A stretch of 64,000 nt of DNA. It comes from a virus. The stretch is from IMG/VR virus record IMGVR_UViG_3300045988_098105, positions 1 to 64,000 of that record; one strand, written 5' to 3'. Under the pieces are notes generated by a model, which saw nothing but the letters and a program-made list of their open reading frames with translations, ran no database searches and was not told the DNA's origin. Shown piece after piece: positions 43,367 to 51,500 of this stretch (positions within the stretch are counted from its first letter, which is position 1; the number at the start of each line of letters is the position of its first letter). Made by a program: the position numbers and the translations under genes.

Positions 43367-43669
43367 ACAAAGTGCAGGTGTACGTTTGTGCCCAACGTCT
43401 GCAAGTTTTATGCAGCCTAACTCCCTTCGTTTAACGTCCGTGGGTTGACGTGTTTCGATGTTTCTCTAGTCTAACACGACTAGCGTTTTTACATCTTGCG
43501 TGATGAGTGTTTGAGACTTCTTTGTCTTGTTGCTTTGAGAGTGCAACTAACTCGGTGTACGATGTCCTCGGTGTTTGTCCTGTGTCTACCTCAGTGTTTT
43601 GCCTACTTAACCTATTTGTATAGCGTTCGTTACTAGCCAAAATATCTCTAAATATGCCATTGCTACGCT

Positions 43670-43704
43670 GAAATCAAACTAACTTGATTTCGGGTGCAAA
43701 TGTA
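43670..43704 (-). promoter_or_regulatory. early promoter candidate with overlapping operator-like inverted repeat
   Basis: GAAATCAA-ACTAAC-TTGATTTC at 43670..43691. TACATTTG (TAnnTTTG) is the rc of 43697..43704. Confidence 0.45.
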
Positions 43705-43858
43705 ATGCTTTATTGTTACACTGCAAAATTTTTATGTAGTATTTTAACACTTCAAGCCTACATTTTAACACAATTAACATAATGTTACACGAAAACCGGC
43801 TAATTAGTGTTTTGATATTACTTTTCTTAAAAGATTTGGTAGTATCAAAATATTTATG

Positions 43859-43866
43859 TAACTTTG
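43859..43866 (+). promoter_or_regulatory. -7 box TAACTTTG for the second HTH gene
   Basis: 33 nt upstream of ATG 43899. Confidence 0.4.
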
Positions 43867-43898
43867 CAGCCAATATTATAACATTACATTGGATATTT

Positions 43899-44195
43899 AT
43901 GGATATAGCTAAGATAATAAAACGAAAGGGGTTTACACAAAAACAAGTGTCTGACGCCCTCGGCATTAATAGGGTAAACCTAAATAATATGATTAATGGC
44001 AACCCAACGTATAAGACTATGCGTCAAGTTGCCGACGTGATAGGTGCGAACGTAAGTGAGTTCTTCGAGGATGAAGTAAAGAGACCTAACGAGGACTTTG
44101 CTAGCTATGTGCGCTACAAAGGCATCCATTATACTGCCGATACATTGGAGGAGTTCTTCAAGCAAGTTGATGAGTTAAGGATTATAGCGAAATGA
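43899..44195 (+). CDS. XRE-family HTH regulator (98 aa)
   Basis: Start at ATG 43899. FTQKQVSDALGINRVNLNNMINGNPTYKTMRQVADVIGANVSEFF is a clear HTH_3 pattern. Confidence 0.7.
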   Translation: MDIAKIIKRKGFTQKQVSDALGINRVNLNNMINGNPTYKTMRQVADVIGANVSEFFEDEVKRPNEDFASYVRYKGIHYTADTLEEFFKQVDELRIIAK

Positions 44196-44398
44196 TTATA
44201 GTTCAAATTATCATGTGGCTCGCCTTCGGTGCAGTTTCACTCGTTTGTATAGCCTATCTCTTTTATGTGTTCGGGAAGGTGGAGGAACATAAGAAACCAT
44301 CCATGAAGTATGCTGAGTGGCTCTTGCAACTGCTCATCGTGGTGTGCTACCTGTATTCGGTGTACACCTTCGGCAAGTGTCTGCAAGGCTTGTGGTGA
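44192..44398 (+). CDS. small two-TM membrane protein (68 aa)
   Basis: ATGA overlap with the HTH gene. IIVQIIMWLAFGAVSLVCIAYLFYVF and LLQLLIVVCYLYSVYTF are hydrophobic helices. Confidence 0.5.
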   Translation: MIIVQIIMWLAFGAVSLVCIAYLFYVFGKVEEHKKPSMKYAEWLLQLLIVVCYLYSVYTFGKCLQGLW

Positions 44399-44468
44399 GG
44401 GCGTCAGCCCCACAGGGCATGGGGAGGGCGCTTGCGCCCGTGGGGGCGCTGCCCCCTTATCTCCCCCG
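44399..44468. repeat. GC-rich triple-hairpin element B
   Basis: GGGC-GTCA-GCCC, GGGCGC-TT-GCGCCC and GGGGGC-GCT-GCCCCC. The 25-nt core at 44442..44466 is identical to element A and in the same orientation. Confidence 0.85.
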
Positions 44469-44510
44469 AGGATTCTTCACTCTCACCCATAAGAGGTAGA
44501 AACACACACA

Positions 44511-44555
44511 AGAGAGAGAAGAGAGAACAGAGAGAGTACAGGGAGAGAAAACAAG
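44511..44555 (+). repeat. A/G-rich (polypurine) tract
   Basis: AGAGAGAGAAGAGAGAACAGAGAGAGTACAGGGAGAGAAAACAAG. Confidence 0.8.
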
Positions 44556-45141
44556 TTCCCTAACTAGGAAAAAATATTTCTCCAACTAGGAAAACCAAAA
44601 CCGCCTAAATCATATTCTAAAAGCCTTAATCCTAGATGAGCACATTATCCGGCACAAAACCATGAAATCTACGAAAAACCCACAAAATCGGCTCTAATCT
44701 GCTTGCAAATGGCTCTTAAACGGCTCAAAACTCACGAATTTGGGAGAAATCCCGACCAACTGCCCGAAAATCGCAAAAATCGGCAGAAATGGGCGGTTTT
44801 AGCGTTGATTATGGGTGAAAACAATTCAAGAAGGCTGAATACGGCTAGTTAAAGTTTGCTAACGAACTCCTTGCATGCGTGCGTACCTATTAATGCAAAA
44901 CCCCTTTTTTGTTTGCAAAGAATCTTCTTTTATGAAATAAGAACTTTCTTTACATTATTGCTTTATTTATCCTCGGGAGTGATTGAAACTAACTTGCTTA
45001 TAATTAACCACTTGTCTTTTCTTTACAATAATCACGTTTTCTTACAAAATTGGTATTCTAGAGGGCGAAATGGGAGGAGGAAAAGGGGTGAGTTGCGCCC
45101 CGAGAAAGAAATTGGTGGGATTTTGGGCGATTTTGAACGAG

Positions 45142-45183
45142 GTTGGAACATGGCAAAACCGAACTTCAAATATTATATATTTG
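45142..45183 (+). promoter_or_regulatory. late-promoter candidate for the cargo/giant-ORF operon
   Basis: GTTGGAACATGGCAAA at 45142..45157, an 18-nt spacer, then TATATTTG at 45176..45183. ATG 45211 lies 27 nt further on. Confidence 0.6.
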
Positions 45184-45210
45184 CCCTCGAAACATCAAAT
45201 AATTGCAATT

Positions 45211-45975
45211 ATGACGGAAATATTATCAAAAATCCCAAAGCATTTGACCTCTTGCCCTGTACTCACGGACAAAAAGGAGTGGATATTGGGTGCTGCTGCC
45301 TTGGCTCTTGGCGTTGGCTCTTCTCTCTTCGGTGCTAACAAGGCTAAGAAGGCAGCTAGAAGGGCACAAGCGGAGAACACGTACAGAACGAACGCTGAGA
45401 AGGCTTGGTACGACAAGAACTACAACACGGACTACCTTGACACAAAAGCAGGTCAGAACCTCATGAGGAGGGCGAAGGAAGTACAGGACGAGTACGTCCG
45501 CAAGGCTGATGGTGCTGCTGCCGTTGGCGGTGGAACTGCTGCAAGTGTGGCAATGGCGAAGGAGGCAGCTAACAAGGCTATGGGCGACACGATAGCCAAC
45601 GTAGCGGCACAGGACACGGCTCGCAAGCAACATGTGGAGGATGCTCACCTTCAGAACACTCAGCAGTTGTCTAGAGAGCGTCAGCAAATCGAGCAGCAGA
45701 AGGCGCAGAACACTAGCGATGCGGCTCAAAATGCGTCAAATGCTATGTTCAATTTCGGTGTGAACCAATTGGGGTCAGAACTCGAAAGTGCTAAGGTGGT
45801 GAAAACCAACACTTTAGACTCAAACGGAAAGCCAATTGATAACACAATTGTAACACAACAAGACAAAACCGCTCATTCTGCTGCCACAGACCACTTGGCT
45901 GAGAGCATGATGTCTCCCGAGGAGAAGAACCAATACCGCTTGAAGAAGGCAGTTGGCTTGTCGGGGCTTGGGTAG
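45211..45975 (+). CDS. hypothetical virion-internal-like protein with one TM helix and Gln/Ala-rich region (254 aa)
   Basis: Track ORF 45070..45975 trimmed to ATG 45211 because the promoter lies inside the upstream part. WILGAAALALGVGSSLFGA is a hydrophobic helix. Confidence 0.55.
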   Translation: MTEILSKIPKHLTSCPVLTDKKEWILGAAALALGVGSSLFGANKAKKAARRAQAENTYRTNAEKAWYDKNYNTDYLDTKAGQNLMRRAKEVQDEYVRKADGAAAVGGGTAASVAMAKEAANKAMGDTIANVAAQDTARKQHVEDAHLQNTQQLSRERQQIEQQKAQNTSDAAQNASNAMFNFGVNQLGSELESAKVVKTNTLDSNGKPIDNTIVTQQDKTAHSAATDHLAESMMSPEEKNQYRLKKAVGLSGLG

Positions 45976-46054
45976 CAGCTAGAAGGTGGAGCGGACGAGC
46001 GACAGGTAAGGACGGCAAGGCAAGGTGGACGATGCGTAACAGGCGACCCCAAGA

Positions 46055-46168
46055 CCCCCACCCCCTTTGACCACCGTTGCAAATTATAGTAGAATAATAC
46101 AAATAAAGAAATTCTGCCTCCCCCCACCCCCTTTTTCTGGATTTCGGTTTTCCGATTTTCCCCACCCC
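46055..46168 (+). repeat. three C-rich boxes (CCCCCACCCCC-type) in an intra-operon spacer
   Basis: CCCCCACCCCCTTTG at 46055..46069, CCCCCCACCCCCTTTTT at 46120..46136 and CCCCACCCC at 46160..46168. Confidence 0.8.
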
Positions 46169-46220
46169 TGAATTTTCGGGAAGTGTTAATGAAGTTAAAA
46201 CATTAAAACAAAAATAGATT

Positions 46221-47144
46221 ATGACATTTGAAGAAGCAAAAAAGATATTGAAGAAAGAAGGTTACTGTCTGATTAAAGTCTCAAAAGGTTTTGAATTCTC
46301 AGAATTGCCAGTAATGAAGAAGCAAGAAGTCATTGAAGCAACAAGAGTTGTCAACGAGAATAGTTTTGCTGTATCAATGACTGAAGCTGAACGGATTGAT
46401 CGTCAAGAGCGTTTGAAGAAGGAGTATGAAAAGAACACCAGGACTCTTGGTCCTGGTGAAGAACAGCCAAAGGAAGGCAACCCTGCCCTTAAAGAAGCAG
46501 CCTCCCGGTTCAACGATGCCTTGCTGGATGAGCAGGCGAAGAAGATTGAAGAGCTTACCAAGGAGAAAACAAATCTGGAGGATCAGATTACGATTTTGAA
46601 TGCTTGCAAAGAGTATAACGAGAACGCTGGCAGAAAACATATTAAGCGTCTCGGCAAGGAGATTTCCAAATTGAACAGCATCATCCATGACAAGAACGCT
46701 GTTTTGGCTGACGTTGCAGAGGAACTTCGCCTTTCAAAGATTCGTGAGAAGAATCTTGCCGAGTTAGGTCTGAAATATGTTGGGGAGAATGAGGAGTTGA
46801 AGAAGGAGCTTGCCAATAAGGTTGTTGACAAGATTGATGCTCAGGCTTTGAAGAGTGCCGAGAGTGCTCTCGCTTATAAGGATAAGGTGATTGCCGACTT
46901 GACAAAGAAATTGAATGTTAAGCACAAGAAGTATGTATATTACAATGGCACAATCGTAGCAGTTCAGCGGCTTGTCAACACCCTTGCAGGTTACGCAGCA
47001 AAGCGTTATTATAAGGAATTATGCGACCAGATGGTTGGGACTGATATTGCAGAGGAAGGCGCAGACCTTTCTGGCGTATTTGTATTGTGTGGCAAGGATT
47101 TTATTGATGCACTAAAGAAAGCAAAAGACGTATGGCAGGAGTAA
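46221..47144 (+). CDS. hypothetical coiled-coil protein (307 aa)
   Basis: Track ORF, Lys/Glu/Leu-rich. Confidence 0.55.
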   Translation: MTFEEAKKILKKEGYCLIKVSKGFEFSELPVMKKQEVIEATRVVNENSFAVSMTEAERIDRQERLKKEYEKNTRTLGPGEEQPKEGNPALKEAASRFNDALLDEQAKKIEELTKEKTNLEDQITILNACKEYNENAGRKHIKRLGKEISKLNSIIHDKNAVLADVAEELRLSKIREKNLAELGLKYVGENEELKKELANKVVDKIDAQALKSAESALAYKDKVIADLTKKLNVKHKKYVYYNGTIVAVQRLVNTLAGYAAKRYYKELCDQMVGTDIAEEGADLSGVFVLCGKDFIDALKKAKDVWQE

Positions 47145-48553
47145 ATAATCAGAATACGCAGCAGCCTAGGAAGAAGCCGGTAACTATCGGCGGCTATCCT
47201 GAGGCTGTGCATGACCTGATGAGGGCGAAATATCCCGATTATGATCAGGTGATGAATGGAGGCAACGGAGGGGCCGCGGTGGTTAATGGCGGTGCCTCGG
47301 GCGTTAACTTCTTCGGGAATGGGGGCGGTGCTACCGGTAAGTTTGAGGCTCAGACTGTTCAGACTGGCGCAGCACCTATTACAGACTTCACCCAGATGCC
47401 TAAGCAGGAAGAGTTTGTTCCGCAGGGAAGCGGTAATGCTAACCCTGCCTTGGGACCAGTACAGACTCCTTACATGGGCGATGCAGCGTTGAATACTCCC
47501 CAGCCTCAGAGCAACTTTGAGGGAATGCCGCAGCCTTCTACTGGTTGGAATGCTGACGGAACACCTCGCTATGATACGCTTTCTACTGCTTTGAGCGGAT
47601 TTCAGATGCCGCAGGAACAGCAGGTTCCAGAGTTTGAGGCTGACCCTAAACAGAGGGATGGCGGGTTTTTCAGTTGGCTCGGCAAGGTTATGCCGAAGAG
47701 CAGACCGGGAATGCGTGAGGGCGAGACACCTGACGAATATGACCGCAGAATCACTACCAACCGTGAGAATATCGCTGCCTTTGCTGATGCTATTCGCCAC
47801 ATGGGAAACATCGTGAATACGTCGAAGGGTGCGCCTCTGCAGGTGTTCAACGACCCTACTGCCATGATGGAACAGGGTTATCAGAACCGCAAGGCTCAGA
47901 GACAGAAACAGGCTGCTCTTGATGCGGATGCTGCCTATAAGCAGGCAAATCTCGACCTAGATAACCGAAAAGCACAGGCTGATCAGGTTTATAAGGAGTA
48001 TCTTATGGGGCTTCGTGGTGAAGGTAATCAGCTTGCCAAGGATAAGTTTGAGTACCGAAAGGGAAAGGATGAGGCTGCTGCCCAGTATAAGAAGGACAAG
48101 GATAAGCGTGACTTTGAGTATAAGAAGGAACGTGACAAGGTGAAGGATGAGCAGGCTAGGCAGCGTCTGGCTATTCAGCAGTACAACGCAACCCATAAGG
48201 GGCGTGGCGGCGGTGGCCGGTCAGGCAAGAGTGGTAGCGGCTCGGGTGCAAAGTACTGGTTTGAGGATAAGAACGGCAAGATGCGCTATCAGCCTAACAA
48301 GACCATGTGGGAACAGGAGTACTATCGTGAATACGGCAAGCTTCCGCAGGGCGAGACTTCTACTTCTACCAGTACAAAGACTATCAATCCGAAGACTGGC
48401 GCAGAGGTAACGACCACCACAAGAAGAAAGGGCGCATCCGTTACCAGTCAGGCAGCAGCTTCGCAGAATGCGGCTAGGAATGCGAGAAACAGACCGAAGC
48501 CTGCCGGCAAATCGAAGAACGGATATAAGAATACAAAGAAACTTGGTTTATAA
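47132..48553 (+). CDS. hypothetical low-complexity Gly/Gln/Lys-rich protein (473 aa)
   Basis: Track ORF containing GGNGGAAVVNGGASGVNFFGNGGGATG and KGRGGGGRSGKSGSGSGAKYW. The composition is typical of ejected internal proteins. Confidence 0.55.
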   Translation: MAGVNNQNTQQPRKKPVTIGGYPEAVHDLMRAKYPDYDQVMNGGNGGAAVVNGGASGVNFFGNGGGATGKFEAQTVQTGAAPITDFTQMPKQEEFVPQGSGNANPALGPVQTPYMGDAALNTPQPQSNFEGMPQPSTGWNADGTPRYDTLSTALSGFQMPQEQQVPEFEADPKQRDGGFFSWLGKVMPKSRPGMREGETPDEYDRRITTNRENIAAFADAIRHMGNIVNTSKGAPLQVFNDPTAMMEQGYQNRKAQRQKQAALDADAAYKQANLDLDNRKAQADQVYKEYLMGLRGEGNQLAKDKFEYRKGKDEAAAQYKKDKDKRDFEYKKERDKVKDEQARQRLAIQQYNATHKGRGGGGRSGKSGSGSGAKYWFEDKNGKMRYQPNKTMWEQEYYREYGKLPQGETSTSTSTKTINPKTGAEVTTTTRRKGASVTSQAAASQNAARNARNRPKPAGKSKNGYKNTKKLGL

Positions 48554-48570
48554 ACATTAATATATAATAT

Positions 48571-51500
48571 ATGGCTGGAGATAAATTTGACCAACTTTAC
48601 AACGCCTTGAAAGCCGATGGCGCAGTTTCAGGAACTAGAGAACATTTCAGACAGTTCGTGTATGCGCCGGGCAAGCAGGGCTATCATAACAGAAAGCAGC
48701 TCTATGATGCGCTTCACGCAGACGGTGCTGTTTCCAGTAATTCGTATGAGGAGTTTGCGCAGCGGCTCGGACTTCATGCAGTAAATCCGAAGCCTCAGCA
48801 GCAGAAGCCAGTTCAGCCTGTCAAGAAGCAGACTATGAAGCAGAGAGCGCAGGAAGTCGCAGCTCAGTATCAGAAGTCAAGGCAGCAGAAGGCTCAGCAG
48901 CCTAGAACGGCTACTACTTCTGGTACGGACTACATGCAGAACTGGAAGTTGATGCACATGCGTAACGACCAAATGAACCCGATGCAGCAGGCTCAGGCTA
49001 GTAATGCGCGCGCACGCATGCAAAGAGCACAAGAGCAGTCGGCACGTCAGGAACAGCAGAGAGCTACCCCTATCAGCAGAAGCAGGATAACCCCTACTGC
49101 CAAGAACTTCAATGAGACAATGCAGCAGCTTTCTACTCCAGAGGCTAGACAGGCTAGAGCCAAGCAGCAGCGAGAGGACGATGCAAGAGCACTTGCCCAG
49201 TATGAGGTTGAGGGTAACAAGTTCGTAAGGAATGACGGCAAGACCGAAGGTATTTTGGGTAATGATCTTCTCAGTCTGGTTGACTCTTCCATGAACGAGG
49301 CGCAGGAGTTGACACGTCAGCAGTATCAGCAGAACCTTGACAAGATGGGTGGCATCTATGCGCCTCAGTCGGTAAAGGAACAGGCTTTCCGTGATGCTCA
49401 GACGCAGGAGCAGGTGAACCGTCAGAACGTTCTGATGAACAATCTCAGCAGCAAAATCAACGAGATTTATTCGCAGAAGGGAATGCAGCGCCATATTGCC
49501 GAGAGCGCAGAGAAACTGAACATGAGTGTGGAGGAATACGTGGACAAATACGTTACACCAGAGATTATGAACTATGCTCAGAAGGCTCTGACGATGCGTA
49601 ATCAGGAGGAAATCATGCCTCATGGTGCGCTTGACTATATTGCCAAGAACCTCAGTAACTCTATTATCGGTATGGTGGTGGCTCCTTCCGTGATGTCTAG
49701 AGATACACGACAGAGATTGCAGGAAGGTATTGCTATTGCAGATGGTGATACGGAAATTCAGAAGGTTGCCGGCCACAAGGACGAAACCTATCGCTCGGGC
49801 ATCGGTACGAGATTCGCATCTACTGCCGTAAACATGGCTGCTGATTCTGGTCCGCTTGCCGTAATCGGTGCCGGCGCAAGTGCTGCCGTGAATACTGGAA
49901 CCCGAGTTCTGACTAACGGACTGGTGAAGGCTGGCGTGATGAAGGCGGCACAGAAGCTTACCGCCCAGCAGATGGCTTTCAAGGTGGCCAACATGACTAC
50001 GGCACAGAAGATCATGTCGGGATTGGGAACCAGAACAGCAACAGGTGCGCTGAACCTTGCAGGATATTCGGGTATAACTGCTGCCTTGAATCAGGCTTCT
50101 ACTGGCGATGATACTTCGCTGCAGGCTATCGGCGAGGCTGGTCTGAAAGGTGCTGAGCATGGTGCGGTAACGGGTGCGATGTTTGGAGTTTCGGGCGCAA
50201 TCATGTTGCCTTGGGTTTCCAAGTTCGGAATCACCGGCATGGAGAAGAGTACTGGCGAGCGATTGCTTCATGGCGCGCAGAAGTTTGGTGCTACGGCTGC
50301 CGGTCTGGGCGTTGAGGCTGGAACCATGATGGTAGCTGACAACGTGACCGGTGATAAGGATATTTCCTTTGGTACTTGGTTGGAAGATGTTGTGATGGTT
50401 GGCGCATTCAAGGCTGGAGAGCCTAGCAACTTCGTGAAGATGGGCAACATTCTGCATCATCTTACCCATAATAGCGGTGGTAATTTCGTGATTGGAAAGA
50501 ATGCCAACGGCTCCCCTATTGCCGTGGATATTCGTCTGACTCCTGACGAGAAGAATGAATTGATTTCTTCTGCATCGGGCAAGAATCTGATGGATGCTTT
50601 CGTGAAGGTGGACCGTGCATCGAAGACCGCCCCAAGAGATCCGAAGTACAAAACAGCATACACGGATTTTATGAACGACCCAGAGGTTTCTCAGAGCACC
50701 AAAGAGAAGGTGAATGCGGCCATGGGACTATTTAACACGACAAGAGGCAAAAGCTACCGCAGCGTGAACGACGTGAAGAACAAACAGATTCTTGAATACA
50801 CCAAGAACGGAACGCTGCTTACACGTACATCTTATAAGAATGCCGATGAGCGCAGAGCTATTCTTTACAAGCAGAAGCTTTATCGTGATAATGACGATAT
50901 GATGTCGCTGATGGGCTACGCAAGGATGAAGGATATGCAGTTCTTAGATGATGATGGAAATGTCACTAATTTAGCATTTAGATTCCTTAAAGAAAACGGA
51001 TATGATGAGAATAAGGATATTACAGACCCGAATAATGCCCGACTGATTAATGAGTTGCGCAACCAGAAGAGTGCGCTCTATCTTGACTGGGAAAAGTATG
51101 CGGACAAAAACGGCTTGCTTGGCTACCTCAGATCAGAAAGCAAAGGTTATACTAATAACTTCATGGCTTCTATCAAAGAACTTCTTGGTAAAGAAGGAAG
51201 CATTGTTATTGATATTGACAAAATCATGCGCAAGGACCCAATGAAGCGTACCGATGAGGAGAACAGAATCTTCTATCATGTGAAGAGAGCACTCGAAGAT
51301 GAGCTTTTCCCTAGCTGGAGACCACACGCAGACCAGTCTGCCAGCCAAGGTAAGACAGTTGCCGAGGAGCATAGTCTGGGAACGGATAACCCGGATAGCG
51401 GCGTGGTAGTTGATGAGTTGCGCAACCTTCGCAACGCAGAGCAAGCCCTTGATGCAGCGATGGATAGCAACGATGTGTTCAAGCAAACCTTTGAGCAATT

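Noticed and set aside
44310-44499. Two overlapping 60-aa + ORFs reading through GC-rich element B
   Set aside because: They exist only because the GC-rich hairpin element lacks stop codons. They overlap the end of a better gene and their Gly/Ala/Pro/Cys composition mirrors the repeat.
45791-46165. Minus-strand ORFs 45791..46165 and 45873..46127
   Set aside because: They are driven by the C-rich/G-rich boxes of the intergenic spacer, producing Gly/Trp/Pro/Ser-rich products with no context.
47009-47800. 263-aa minus-strand ORF, plus other minus ORFs at 45226..45729 and 46374..46905
   Set aside because: They are antisense to the late cargo operon, and their Ser/Arg/Leu-rich composition marks them as shadows.
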